Origin: Gammaproteobacteria bacterium
GTDB lineage: Bacteria; Pseudomonadota; Gammaproteobacteria; Pseudomonadales; Litorivicinaceae
Reading direction: 5' to 3'
DNA length: 64,000 bases
Assembly (NCBI GenBank): GCA_024640985.1
Contig: JAHEDY010000001.1
Location: 35,769-99,768 of the forward strand
Position 1 is the stretch's first letter, and every line of letters begins with the position of its first letter. Made by a program: the position numbers and the translations under genes. The notes under the pieces are model-generated. The model was not told where the DNA came from, ran no database searches, and worked only from the letters and a program-made list of their open reading frames with translations. Of the stretch, positions 21,202 through 31,016 are shown piece after piece.

Positions 21202-21749
21202 ATTCGGGCTGATACAGGTGTTTCGTCGCGATCGATGCAATGCAGACGAAACTGTCCTGTTTGTAAATCCTCACTCAATTGAAGCAAAGTGTCACGGACG
21301 GTGTGGAAGGCCAGTTGATCCCAGGGGATCTCGTCAATATGAAAGAGTTGGGTCTCAAGACTCTCAGGTCCTGTACCGTACTGACCGTCGGTCAGAAAGG
21401 CGAGGTAGAGCATGTAGACTTGACTGATCGTTGGTATCGAAGTGACGACATACAGTTGGTCGAGCTTCGGAGTCGCCCGCGCTTCCTCCCAGGTTTCGCG
21501 GAGTGCAGCTTGGGCCACTGTCTCACCATTCTCCATAAAGCCTGCAGGGAGTGTCCAGAGCCCATAGCGCGGTTCAATGGCGCGCTTGCAAAGCAACACT
21601 TTGTGATCTTGCAACACCACGCAGCCCGCGATGATTTTTGGGTTCTGATAATGAATTGTGCCGCAGTCTTCACACAGGTCTCGTGGTCGGTTATCACCCT
21701 CGGGAACGCGGCGACTGGTTTCTGCGCCGCAATTTGAGCAAAAGTTCAT
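21198..21749 (-). CDS. Nudix hydrolase with N-terminal zinc ribbon
   Basis: CSNCG...CEDCG zinc ribbon, then Nudix box GFMENGETVAQAALRETWEEA. Confidence 0.8.
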   Translation of the reverse strand: MNFCSNCGAETSRRVPEGDNRPRDLCEDCGTIHYQNPKIIAGCVVLQDHKVLLCKRAIEPRYGLWTLPAGFMENGETVAQAALRETWEEARATPKLDQLYVVTSIPTISQVYMLYLAFLTDGQYGTGPESLETQLFHIDEIPWDQLAFHTVRDTLLQLSEDLQTGQFRLHCIDRDETPVSARI

Positions 21750-21783
21750 ATGGCTCTCCTCGCTTTGTTCTTATACTAACCAA

Positions 21784-22371
21784 ATGCATGTGACGAAACA
21801 GGATGTCCAGAAAAAACTTCATTCGACTGAGCCGAGCCATTTGCCGCATTGTCGAGGGCGAGCTGCGGTCGCTTTTGTGATTTCTGGGCGTTCAAATCCG
21901 ATGTTAACGCTTTGTATTAAGGCGTCACATTTACGCAAACATGCGGGGGAGGTGTCGCTTCCTGGCGGCAAATTGGAAGACCAAGATGTTTCTGCAGTTG
22001 CTGCGGCACTTCGAGAATTGCACGAAGAAACAGGCTTACAGCTCAAGCAACATGATTCGCTTGGGTATTTAAACCCAATCGAGAGTTTGCATGGGTTGTC
22101 AGTCATTCCCTGTGTATTTTGGTCAGACACCATCCTCCAAGGATCGCCCCAAGAACAGGAAATTGCTGACGTATTCACCATTCCATTGATGGAATTTGTG
22201 GAACAAACGCCGCGTTTTGAGTTAAGTAGACGCCGCTTGCCTGAGTGCTGGATGCCAAGATGGCGCTACCACAATGCCGATATCTGGGGTTTGACTGCGC
22301 TCATCGTGAACGATTTTTTCGAGACCGTGTTCAACGCTCGATTTCAGGAAGCTCCACCTTCCAAGCCCTGA
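21784..22371 (+). CDS. Nudix hydrolase, CoA pyrophosphatase (NudL-like)
   Basis: SHLRKHAGEVSLPGGKLE...AAALRELHEETGL: a Nudix box preceded by the CoA-pyrophosphatase-type motif. I chose the ATG at 21784. The ORF-track start at 21658 overlaps the divergent Nudix gene. Confidence 0.75.
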   Translation: MHVTKQDVQKKLHSTEPSHLPHCRGRAAVAFVISGRSNPMLTLCIKASHLRKHAGEVSLPGGKLEDQDVSAVAAALRELHEETGLQLKQHDSLGYLNPIESLHGLSVIPCVFWSDTILQGSPQEQEIADVFTIPLMEFVEQTPRFELSRRRLPECWMPRWRYHNADIWGLTALIVNDFFETVFNARFQEAPPSKP

Positions 22372-23626
22372 CCGAGCGGACGCGATTGTCCTGAATGGCT
22401 AAGACTTCCAATCGATAGTCTCCCCACTGAATCCCGAGCGTGTTTTCAGGAATAAACTCAAGTAACTCGACAATGAGTCCACTAACAGTCCGTGGCCCAT
22501 CGGTTGGAAGTTCCCACTCGAGCATACGATTCAGATCTCGAATGGTCGCAGAGCCATCAATAATAAAGGTTCCATCATCTTGGGGATGAACGTCTGGCGA
22601 GGTTTCCTGAATATGATCAGTGGTAAATTCCCCGACAATTTCTTCTAAAATATCATCGATGGTGACCAGCCCTTCAATTTCCCCGTACTCATCGACAACG
22701 ACAGCCAGCCGTTCTCGCTCTTTCTGAAAATTGTAGAGTTGGGTATGCAATGCCGCGCTGTGTGGAACGTAATAGGGCTCTTCACAAAGCTCGGTCAGTC
22801 GGTTCTTAAATTCGGTTTCATCTGTCAGAAGCCCAGGATTATCGAGAAGCTTCAGTGCTGTTCTGGCATGAAGGACGCCGACTAACTCTTCGACGTCTTC
22901 ATGAAACACAGGAAGTCTTGTGTGTTGGGTCGAGCGAAGTTGACTGACCAGTTCTTCGATTTCATCGGTCAGATCAAGACCCACAATCTCACCTCTTGGG
23001 ACCATGATTTCGTCAACCTGGACTTTCTCAAGATCAAGAATTGATAACAGCATGCCGTGTCGCCGCGCAGGAATGCGGTGTCCGCTTTGCATCATGAGCG
23101 TGCGAAGCTCTTCCTTGGTCAACCGATCACGATTCGAGCTCTCTGGGTTAATACCTAAAATTCGGAGTAATCCGTTGGATAATAGATTGGTCATCCAGAC
23201 CAGGGGGTAGGCTAATCGTAGCAAGGGAACAAGAATTAAACTCGCAGGTTTTGCAATCCGTTCGGGATGCAGGGCTGCAAAGGTCTTTGGCGTGACCTCG
23301 GCAAAGATAAGAATGACAAGGGTCAGGACGCCTGTGGCAATGGCAACGCCTGCATCGCCAAAAACACGGACTGCTAGGACGGTGGCGATGGCGGAGGCCA
23401 AGATATTCACAAAGTTATTGCCGATCAGGATCAGTCCAATGAGTCGATCAGGGCGATCCAGCAGCGAAAGAATACGAGCCGCCGCCTTTGATCCTTCTTC
23501 GGCTTGGTGTTGAAGTCGAACACGATTAATCGCCATGAGACCCGTTTCGGAGCTTGAGAAGAAACCGGATAAGACGATTAACAGCAGTAGAATTCCGGCT
23601 AGGGCTTCGTTGGAGATATCACTCAA
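22331..23626 (-). CDS. CNNM/HlyC/CorC-family transporter (DUF21-CBS pair-CorC_HlyC)
   Basis: N-terminal 4-TM DUF21 region, a CBS pair (IMVPRGEIVGLD...; YGEIEGLVTIDDILEEIVGEF) and a C-terminal CorC/HlyC transporter-associated domain. Confidence 0.85.
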   Translation of the reverse strand: MSDISNEALAGILLLLIVLSGFFSSSETGLMAINRVRLQHQAEEGSKAAARILSLLDRPDRLIGLILIGNNFVNILASAIATVLAVRVFGDAGVAIATGVLTLVILIFAEVTPKTFAALHPERIAKPASLILVPLLRLAYPLVWMTNLLSNGLLRILGINPESSNRDRLTKEELRTLMMQSGHRIPARRHGMLLSILDLEKVQVDEIMVPRGEIVGLDLTDEIEELVSQLRSTQHTRLPVFHEDVEELVGVLHARTALKLLDNPGLLTDETEFKNRLTELCEEPYYVPHSAALHTQLYNFQKERERLAVVVDEYGEIEGLVTIDDILEEIVGEFTTDHIQETSPDVHPQDDGTFIIDGSATIRDLNRMLEWELPTDGPRTVSGLIVELLEFIPENTLGIQWGDYRLEVLAIQDNRVRSVRAWKVELPEIER

Positions 23627-23638
23627 AGTGTGTGTCCG

Positions 23639-24430
23639 TCACAACAGGAATTCCAAAATGGCTTTACTACCGAGGTAACCGACACAGAGTAATGCAGCCG
23701 CACCAATGGCAGTCTTCCGCATGGTGCGTGTCACACCACCTTCTTTCAAATGTTGCCAAAGTGCGAGCGCCATTCCGCACCAGGCAAGGACCGACAGCGC
23801 AGTTTTGTGTGCCAGGTGCTGCGCCCAGAAGTCTTCAACGTACATCACTCCGGTCACGAGGGCGATGGTGAGTACGACCCAAGCAGTCTGAACGGTCCGT
23901 AAAAATAAATATTCCATTGCATCAAGCGGCGGAAGCGCGGCGATCAGGGGCGTCAGAGGGCGCTCTTTCAGCTTGGCATGTTGCCAGGACAATAAAATCG
24001 CCAAGGTTCCTGCGTAGGCGACTGCGCCATAGGCGACGATGGACGTTGCGACGTGAACAGCGGTTTCTAAGGTGAGGGGATTCATGTGGCTCGACACAGG
24101 TCCCGCAACTGAGGTCCCTAAGGTAAACAGTCCAGTGAGAGGCGCCACACCAATTAATAAGGCATTGACTGGATGTTTGATGCTGGACCCTAGAATAATC
24201 ATCAAAAGCAGCGCCCCCAGCAAGGTCCCCATGAGGCCGGTCGTGGGGCGTCCACCGTTATCGCTCAAGCCTTGGATGACCAGAAAAACGGCAAGAATGC
24301 ATCCAAGAACCCCCAGAAGTAGCGAGGTCGCATCGCGAATCTCACCCTGCTTAAAGGCGTTGAGTTGGCAGATCCCCGATGCAAACAGGACTGAGGTTGC
24401 GAGTAATCCCGGAACTAATAAAGACATCAT
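23639..24430 (-). CDS. Cytochrome c assembly-family inner membrane protein (YpjD-like)
   Basis: Polytopic membrane protein divergent from ffh, the same arrangement as E. coli ypjD<>ffh. CcsA-like Trp-rich segments. Confidence 0.7.
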   Translation of the reverse strand: MMSLLVPGLLATSVLFASGICQLNAFKQGEIRDATSLLLGVLGCILAVFLVIQGLSDNGGRPTTGLMGTLLGALLLMIILGSSIKHPVNALLIGVAPLTGLFTLGTSVAGPVSSHMNPLTLETAVHVATSIVAYGAVAYAGTLAILLSWQHAKLKERPLTPLIAALPPLDAMEYLFLRTVQTAWVVLTIALVTGVMYVEDFWAQHLAHKTALSVLAWCGMALALWQHLKEGGVTRTMRKTAIGAAALLCVGYLGSKAILEFLL

Positions 24431-24491
24431 CCTACTCTGAGTCGATTTTTCGTTATCATAGTGCGTTCGAACTCCTTGCTAAAGAGATCAC

Positions 24492-25859
24492 ATGTTTAAT
24501 TCATTAAGTGAACGTCTTTCGAAGACACTACAGTCGATGGGTAAAAAAGCCCGTCTCACCGAAGACAATATAGCGAGTACGCTGAAAGAAGTCCGCAAAG
24601 CATTGCTTGAAGCGGATGTTGCCTTGCCTGTTGTGAAACAATTTGTGTCTCAGGTTCGTACACGTGCGCTCGGTCGAGAGGTGCGGGCGAGTCTGACCCC
24701 AGGCCAGCAATTCCTGAAAGTGGTGCAAAGTGAACTCGAGGCGGTCTTAGGCGGTCCGTCAGAGTCGTTGAATCTGGCGCAGCGCCCGCCCGCCGTGGTC
24801 TTATTGGCTGGATTGCAGGGCGCTGGTAAAACGACGACGGCTGCGAAACTGGCGAAATTCCTCACCGTTCGCGAAAAAAAGAAAGTCTTGATGGTGAGTG
24901 TGGATGTCTACCGTCCGGCGGCAATGGAGCAATTAGCGACGCTTGGGGGTCAGATTGAGGTTGATGTGTACCCATCGACGCCAGATCAGGATCCAGTGGC
25001 GCTTGCTAAGGCTGCGCGACAAAAAGCGGAAACTGCAGCCTATGACGTTCTGTTGGTCGATACCGCCGGGCGATTAGGTATTGATCAGGAGATGATGCAG
25101 GAGATTTCAGGGCTTCACCAAGCGGTGAATCCCGTTGAAACCTTATTTGTGGTGGACTCGATGACCGGTCAGGACGCGGCAAATACGGCGAAAGCCTTTT
25201 CAGAGGTGCTGCCTTTGACCGGGGTGATTTTGACCAAAGCAGACGGTGATGCACGCGGTGGTGCTGCCCTCTCTGTGAAAACCATTACAGGCCAGCCGAT
25301 TAAGTTCATGGGGGTCGGTGAGACCGTGGATGGACTGGAAGCCTTTCATCCCGATCGATTGGCATCACGGATCCTTGGAATGGGCGACATTCTTGGCCTG
25401 ATTGAGGAAGCCGAGCAGAAACTCGATAAAGAAAAAGCGGAAAAAGTTGCCAAGAAGGTTTTAAAAGGAAAAGGCTTCGACTTAGAGGATTTTCGTGACC
25501 AACTGCAGCAGATGCGCAATATGGGTGGCATGAAAGCACTGCTGGAGAAAATGCCGGGAATGGGGCAGATGGGATCGCAAATTCAAAACCAAGTGGACGA
25601 CAAACAGTTTGTTCGCATGGAAGCGGTGATTAATTCGATGACGCCCATTGAACGACGAGACCCCGAGGTGATCAATGGATCGCGCAAACAACGGATCGCT
25701 GCAGGTTCTGGCACTGACGTCCAAGAAGTCAATAAGGTCCTCAAACAACATAAACAAATGTCAAAGATGATGAAAAAAGTGGGCAAAAAAGGTGGCATGC
25801 AAAAAATGATGCGTGGAATCTCAGGAATGATGCCGCCCGGTGGTATGCCGCGGTTGTAA
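24492..25859 (+). CDS. ffh: Signal recognition particle protein Ffh
   Basis: NG domain (GLQGAGKTTTAAKLA, DTAGRL, TKADGDARGG) and a Met-rich M domain. Confidence 0.95.
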   Translation: MFNSLSERLSKTLQSMGKKARLTEDNIASTLKEVRKALLEADVALPVVKQFVSQVRTRALGREVRASLTPGQQFLKVVQSELEAVLGGPSESLNLAQRPPAVVLLAGLQGAGKTTTAAKLAKFLTVREKKKVLMVSVDVYRPAAMEQLATLGGQIEVDVYPSTPDQDPVALAKAARQKAETAAYDVLLVDTAGRLGIDQEMMQEISGLHQAVNPVETLFVVDSMTGQDAANTAKAFSEVLPLTGVILTKADGDARGGAALSVKTITGQPIKFMGVGETVDGLEAFHPDRLASRILGMGDILGLIEEAEQKLDKEKAEKVAKKVLKGKGFDLEDFRDQLQQMRNMGGMKALLEKMPGMGQMGSQIQNQVDDKQFVRMEAVINSMTPIERRDPEVINGSRKQRIAAGSGTDVQEVNKVLKQHKQMSKMMKKVGKKGGMQKMMRGISGMMPPGGMPRL

Positions 25860-25936
25860 GTTGTACGCAAAGTCATTATCATTGCGCGCCTTTGAATTTT
25901 AGGCTCTAAAACGAGCGAACACAGGATTGAGAGAAC

Positions 25937-26185
25937 ATGGTAACGATTCGTCTTTCACGCGGCGGCTCTAAGAAGCGTCCTTTCTATCACCTGACGGTGA
26001 CAGATCACAGAAATGCGCGTGACGGCCGCTTCATTGAGCGCATTGGTTTCTTTAACCCAATGGCACAAGGGCAAGCAGAGCGTCTGCGTGTTGACCTTGA
26101 GCGCGTCGATCACTGGATCGGCTTGGGTGCGAAAACCTCTGATCGCGTGAAGCGTTTGATCAAGGACGCCCGTCAGGCAGCCTAA
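25937..26185 (+). CDS. rpsP: 30S ribosomal protein S16
   Basis: [21 protein letters not shown]... is canonical S16. First gene of the rpsP-rimM-trmD-rplS operon. Confidence 0.95.
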   Translation: MVTIRLSRGGSKKRPFYHLTVTDHRNARDGRFIERIGFFNPMAQGQAERLRVDLERVDHWIGLGAKTSDRVKRLIKDARQAA

Positions 26186-26727
26186 TGGCTGATCGGATGG
26201 TCGTGGGGCGAATACGATCGCCCTATGGCGTGCAAGGCTGGGTTTGGATGGATAGCTTCACCGAAGACCCGGCGACGGTGTTTGAGTGGACACCATGGGT
26301 TCTAACCCGGCCAGCTGACCCGGTCAGTGGACGGCCCGCGGTGGACCGGATTGAAACGACTCCAGAGGTCTGGAAGTTGCGCGACAAAGGATGTGTCGTG
26401 AGATTAGTTGGGTTTCCCGACAGAGCCGGCGTGGAGTCGCTGGTGAATTGTTTGATTGAAGTGGATCAAAGTCACTTGCCACAATTAGACAACGATGAAT
26501 TTTACTGGCGCGATCTCGAAGGATGTCGTGTCGAGACAACCAGCCAACAGGTGTTAGGTGTTGTCAAAACAGTGATCCCAACCGGTGCCAACGATGTCTT
26601 GGTGGTTCGGGGGGATGACGACAGTATGGATCGAAAGGAACGGTTGATTCCGTTTATTGATCAGACCGTTTTAGACGTGGATTTAGCGACACGTTTAATC
26701 CGGGTCGATTGGGATCCAGAATTTTAA
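26185..26727 (+). CDS. rimM: 16S rRNA processing protein RimM
   Basis: [15 protein letters not shown]... (RimM N-domain) and a PRC barrel (ERLIPFI...V). TAATG overlap with rpsP. Confidence 0.9.
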   Translation: MADRMVVGRIRSPYGVQGWVWMDSFTEDPATVFEWTPWVLTRPADPVSGRPAVDRIETTPEVWKLRDKGCVVRLVGFPDRAGVESLVNCLIEVDQSHLPQLDNDEFYWRDLEGCRVETTSQQVLGVVKTVIPTGANDVLVVRGDDDSMDRKERLIPFIDQTVLDVDLATRLIRVDWDPEF

Positions 26728-27464
26728 TGAAGTGGGGTGTTGTCACCCTGTTTCCGACCATGGTGGCCGATGCGTTGGCTCACGGTGTGATTGGACGAGC
26801 GATAGACAAGGGATTGGTTGACTTAACGACCTTTAATCCGCGAGTTTACGCGACCGATGTGCACCAAACTGTGGATGACAGGCCTTATGGTGGCGGTCCG
26901 GGAATGCTGATGAAAGTCGAGACGTTAAGAGCCTCGATTGCTGATGCGAAAGCCGAATTGCCAAGGGCACCTGTCGTGTACTTAAGCCCTCAGGGTGAAC
27001 CACTGACGCAACAGATGGTTCAAGAACTCGCGGCTCTGCCGGAAATGATTCTGGTTTGTGGTCGTTATGAGGGGATTGATGAGCGAGTCATTGAGCTCGA
27101 CATTGATCGAGAGATTTCCCTGGGAGATTTTGTGCTGTCAGGGGGGGAGCCGGCTGCTGTTGCACTTTTCGATGCAGTGGGCCGTCTGGTTCCCGGGGTA
27201 CTTGGCCATGCGAGTAGCGCAGCTCAGGACTCATTCAGCAATGGTTTGTTGGATTGTCCGCACTACACGCGACCCGAAGAAATTGCGGGTTTGAAAGTAC
27301 CGGATGTCTTACTGAGTGGGCATCACGGTGACATTGCCAAGTGGCGCCGTAAACAGGCCTTGGGGCGGACGTGGTTACGTCGGCCTGAGATAGTGGAGAA
27401 GCAGGAGCTGTCTGATGAGGATCAGCTACTGCTGGATGAATTTATTAGGGAGTCAAAGCCGTGA
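26727..27464 (+). CDS. trmD: tRNA (guanine37-N1)-methyltransferase
   Basis: VVTLFP..., [33 protein letters not shown]-type motifs. The ATG at 26727 overlaps the rimM stop (TAATG). Confidence 0.9.
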   Translation: MKWGVVTLFPTMVADALAHGVIGRAIDKGLVDLTTFNPRVYATDVHQTVDDRPYGGGPGMLMKVETLRASIADAKAELPRAPVVYLSPQGEPLTQQMVQELAALPEMILVCGRYEGIDERVIELDIDREISLGDFVLSGGEPAAVALFDAVGRLVPGVLGHASSAAQDSFSNGLLDCPHYTRPEEIAGLKVPDVLLSGHHGDIAKWRRKQALGRTWLRRPEIVEKQELSDEDQLLLDEFIRESKP

Positions 27465-27466
27465 GC

Positions 27467-27820
27467 ATGAATCCGATCATCGAAGCGCTCAACAATGAGC
27501 AAATGAAGACAGACTTACCTGCGTTCGCGCCCGGTGACACGGTTGTGATCCAGGTGAAGGTGAAAGAAGGTTCGCGCGAGCGTCTTCAGGCCTATGAGGG
27601 AGTTGTGATTGCAAAATCAAACCGCGGTCTACACTCGAATTTCATTGTCCGGAAGATTTCGCACGGTGTCGGTGTTGAGCGGACATTCCAACTGCATTCG
27701 CCACTGATTGACTCAATTGAAGTCAAGCGTCGTGGTGACGTTCGCAAAGCCAAGCTTTATCACTTGCGTGCTCTGTCTGGTAAGGCGGCACGGATCAAGG
27801 AAAAGCTGGATACCAAGTAG
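27467..27820 (+). CDS. rplS: 50S ribosomal protein L19
   Basis: [32 protein letters not shown]...[13 protein letters not shown] is canonical L19. Start is ATG 27467 or GTG 27461. Confidence 0.93.
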   Translation: MNPIIEALNNEQMKTDLPAFAPGDTVVIQVKVKEGSRERLQAYEGVVIAKSNRGLHSNFIVRKISHGVGVERTFQLHSPLIDSIEVKRRGDVRKAKLYHLRALSGKAARIKEKLDTK

Positions 27821-27902
27821 TTTGGTACGACAGTCGACAGCGGCAGAGGTGGGGCTGACTCAGCGCGGACGCTGTCGAAACTCTTGATTCCCTTAGACCA
27901 AG

Positions 27903-27931
27903 AAGACCGGCATGAACTTGCTGGTCTTTTT
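27903..27931 (+). terminator. Rho-independent terminator of the rpsP operon
   Basis: aagaccggca-tgaact-tgctggtctt: a 10-bp stem with one G-U pair, followed by TTTTT. Confidence 0.6.
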
Positions 27932-28131
27932 GCGTTAATGCACGTCAGACCCGTTCAGCGAGACGACATTCTGTTTCGCCCAGGGGTTTCTTGCGGCCGG
28001 TTTGCTCTCTCCATTTAGCATGGCGTATTGGATGTTCAGTTTGGCGCCATTGGTTGTCATGGTAGTTACCATCATCGTGTTTATGCGACTCACTCGAAAC
28101 TTTGCAGAAGAGCGTGCTAATCTCGGTACTC

Positions 28132-29019
28132 ATGAACACGCGCTCGGATTTTGATGCCTATTTGGACGCGCTCTATCTTGAGCGCGGTCTCTCGGAAACG
28201 ACTTTGCGCGCTTATCGGGTCGATCTCGAGAGCGCCTCTTTATTTGCGGAGTCCCTCAATCAATCTCTGGACACACTCGCCGAGTCAGATATCAATGCCT
28301 GGATTGGCTCGTTGTTCGCCGATGGTTTAAAAATCACTTCCATTCAGCGAAAGTTGTCTGCCCTCCATGGGTTTTATAAGTATCAGATTCGCCATAGACG
28401 GCGAGAAGACGATCCGATGGCTCGCATTCAACGGCCGTCCAAAGGTCGGCCACTTCCCAAGACGCTCTCTGAAGCCGATGTGAACAAGCTCATTCATACG
28501 CCCGATACCGACACGTTAATCGGTCTAAGGGACCGGGCCATGCTGGAAGTCCTGTATGCATCAGGACTTCGTGTGAGTGAATTGTGCGGCCTAGAGCGCT
28601 CCAATATTAGTCTTGAGCAGGGTGTTGTTCGTGTCCTTGGTAAAGGAAATAAAGAGCGATTGGTTCCGTTAGGAGATGCAGCCAGGCAGTGGCTGCAACG
28701 CTACTTCCTGGAAGCACGTCCTCAGTTGCCAGATCCACGAGGACAATCGGTATTTCCCGGTCGGTCTGGCCGACCGATGACGCGTCAAACATTTTGGCAT
28801 CGATTGAAGCTGATCGCACAAGTAGCCGGAATCCATGGCGACTTGAGCCCTCATACGCTCAGGCATGCATTTGCGACGCATTTGGTGAATCACGGTGCAG
28901 ATCTTCGGGTCGTCCAACTACTTTTAGGTCATGAGGACCTTTCAACTACGCAAATCTATACCCATGTAGCGAGAGAGCGGCTCAAGCAGTTGCATACCGC
29001 ACATCATCCACGCGCTTGA
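28132..29019 (+). CDS. xerD: Tyrosine recombinase XerD
   Basis: N-terminal SAM-like domain (FDAYLDALYLERGLSETTLRAYRVDL) and catalytic residues in ...GLRVSEL..., HTLRHAFATHL, LLGHEDLSTTQIYTHV. Followed by dsbC, as in E. coli and Pseudomonas. ATG at 28132 preferred over the 28102 start. Confidence 0.9.
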   Translation: MNTRSDFDAYLDALYLERGLSETTLRAYRVDLESASLFAESLNQSLDTLAESDINAWIGSLFADGLKITSIQRKLSALHGFYKYQIRHRRREDDPMARIQRPSKGRPLPKTLSEADVNKLIHTPDTDTLIGLRDRAMLEVLYASGLRVSELCGLERSNISLEQGVVRVLGKGNKERLVPLGDAARQWLQRYFLEARPQLPDPRGQSVFPGRSGRPMTRQTFWHRLKLIAQVAGIHGDLSPHTLRHAFATHLVNHGADLRVVQLLLGHEDLSTTQIYTHVARERLKQLHTAHHPRA

Positions 29020-29054
29020 GTTACACTTTCGGTTCCATTTGAAGAGGACAAACT

Positions 29055-29768
29055 ATGCGTTGGTTGGTGTTGGTATTCACCCTTGTTTCGATCACAGTGA
29101 TAGCTGACGAAGCGCGGATAAAACAAGCAATTACAGGGATCAATCCGATGATTCAGATCGAATCGGTGAGCGCGATTGATCAAACTCCGTTTTTCGAGGT
29201 CACCCTCACGACCGGAGAACGCATTTACACAGACGCGGCGGGATCGCACTTTATTGCTGGAGATCTGTACCAAGTAAGCGCCGGCGGAGTGAAAAATCTC
29301 ACCGATATCGGTCGACGCACGGACCGTCAAGCACTTCTTAACGGTCTTGATGAATCAAAGCTTGTGGTGTTCTCGCCGTCGGGCGAGGTGAAGCATCGGC
29401 TATTGGTGTTTACAGATATCGATTGTGGATATTGCCGCCGTCTTCACAGTGAGATCGAGCAACTGCTTGAGAACGGGGTTGAAGTTCGTTATGCAGCATT
29501 TCCGAGGGCAGGCGTTGGGTCGGAATCGTATACCAAGTACGTGTCTGTTTATTGCGCAAAAGATCAAAATGGAGCGATGACCCGAGCCAAACAGGGCGAG
29601 ACGCCTGACGGGGCGACTTGTGATAACCCGATTGCTGACCAATACCAACTGGGTCAAAAGCTTGGAATTACAGGGACCCCCACTTTGATTTTCGAATCAG
29701 GCGAAATGCAACCCGGTTATGCGCCTTGGCAGGACCTTCTAAAGCGAATGAATCAGCTTGGTTCTTAA
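29055..29768 (+). CDS. dsbC: Thiol:disulfide interchange protein DsbC
   Basis: Signal peptide, dimerisation domain and a thioredoxin domain with active site CGYC. Confidence 0.85.
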   Translation: MRWLVLVFTLVSITVIADEARIKQAITGINPMIQIESVSAIDQTPFFEVTLTTGERIYTDAAGSHFIAGDLYQVSAGGVKNLTDIGRRTDRQALLNGLDESKLVVFSPSGEVKHRLLVFTDIDCGYCRRLHSEIEQLLENGVEVRYAAFPRAGVGSESYTKYVSVYCAKDQNGAMTRAKQGETPDGATCDNPIADQYQLGQKLGITGTPTLIFESGEMQPGYAPWQDLLKRMNQLGS

Positions 29769-29806
29769 GCTACAATTAGCGGTTTCAACTGGACTGAGTA
29801 TTATTA

Positions 29807-31006
29807 GTGGACACACGATTCCCTCGCATTGAGCGTCTTCCTCCTTATGTCTTCAACGTCATCGGTGAAATGCGTCAGAAGGCTCGAGCGGCGGGCGAAG
29901 ATGTTATTGATTTTTCGATGGGGAATCCGGATCAACCGACGCCGGATCACATTGTTAAAAAATTGGTCGAAACGGCCAATCGCGAAGACACTCATCGGTA
30001 TTCTCAGTCGAAGGGAATCCCGAGGCTGCGTCGAGCCATGGCTAATTGGTATAAGACGCGTTACGACGTTGATTTGGACCCAGAATCCGAAGTCATCACC
30101 ACAATTGGATCGAAAGAGGGTCTTGCTCACCTGGCGATGGCGACATTGGGACCTGGTGATGCAGTTCTAGTGCCAAACCCTGCTTACCCGATTCATCCGT
30201 ACGGGTTTGTGATTGCTGGAGCTGACATCCGTCACGTACCCTTATTGCCCGGTGAGGATTTCTTTGGCGAACTGGTTAAAGCGATTGAGACGTCATGGCC
30301 TCGACCAAAAATGTTGGTGCTGAATTTTCCAGCCAACCCAACGGCGATGTGCGTTGAGCTCGATTTCTTTGAAAGAGTCGTCGAAATTGCGCGTGAACAC
30401 AACATTTGGGTGGTGCAAGACATCGCCTATGCGGACATCGTGTTTGATGGCTATGTCGCACCCTCGATTCTGCAGGTTCAGGGAGCCAAAGAAATTGCAG
30501 TCGAGTTCTTTTCCCTATCGAAAAGTTACAACATGCCGGGTTGGCGTGTTGGTTTTGCGGCTGGTAACAAAGAATTGATTGGCGCTTTAGCGCGGATCAA
30601 GTCCTATCTCGATTACGGGACATTTACCCCGATTCAGGTAGCAGCGATCGCGGCACTTGAAGGCGACCAGGATTGCGTAAACGACATTCGTGACATGTAT
30701 CAATCGCGTCGAGATGTGTTGTGCGAGGGGCTGAATGCACTGGGTTGGCCGGTTGAGAAGCCGAAAGCCACTATGTTTGTGTGGGCCAAGATCCCGGAAC
30801 AATACCTGGAAATGGGATCGCTCGAATTCGCGAAGAAATTGATTCGTGATGCCAACGTTGCGGTGAGTCCGGGGATTGGTTTTGGCCAGTACGGCGATGA
30901 TCATGTGCGCTTTGCTCTGATTGAAAATGAACATCGAACGCGGCAGGCGCTTCGGAATATCAAGCGCTTATTTCGTGTCGAATCCACTATGACCCAAACT
31001 TTCTAA
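29807..31006 (+). CDS. Class I/II PLP aminotransferase (AlaC-like alanine transaminase)
   Basis: RLPPYVF...[10 protein letters not shown]-terminus, NPANPT-type motif (FPANPTA) and PLP-Lys motif [17 protein letters not shown] start. Confidence 0.8.
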   Translation: MDTRFPRIERLPPYVFNVIGEMRQKARAAGEDVIDFSMGNPDQPTPDHIVKKLVETANREDTHRYSQSKGIPRLRRAMANWYKTRYDVDLDPESEVITTIGSKEGLAHLAMATLGPGDAVLVPNPAYPIHPYGFVIAGADIRHVPLLPGEDFFGELVKAIETSWPRPKMLVLNFPANPTAMCVELDFFERVVEIAREHNIWVVQDIAYADIVFDGYVAPSILQVQGAKEIAVEFFSLSKSYNMPGWRVGFAAGNKELIGALARIKSYLDYGTFTPIQVAAIAALEGDQDCVNDIRDMYQSRRDVLCEGLNALGWPVEKPKATMFVWAKIPEQYLEMGSLEFAKKLIRDANVAVSPGIGFGQYGDDHVRFALIENEHRTRQALRNIKRLFRVESTMTQTF

Positions 31007-31016
31007 GGATCCATTC

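Noticed and set aside
27945-28139. 64-aa minus-strand ORF in the rplS-xerD spacer.
   Set aside because: The composition is hydrophilic and His/Arg-rich with no motif. It is antisense to the xerD start and to a more protein-like plus-strand small ORF. I treat it as spurious.
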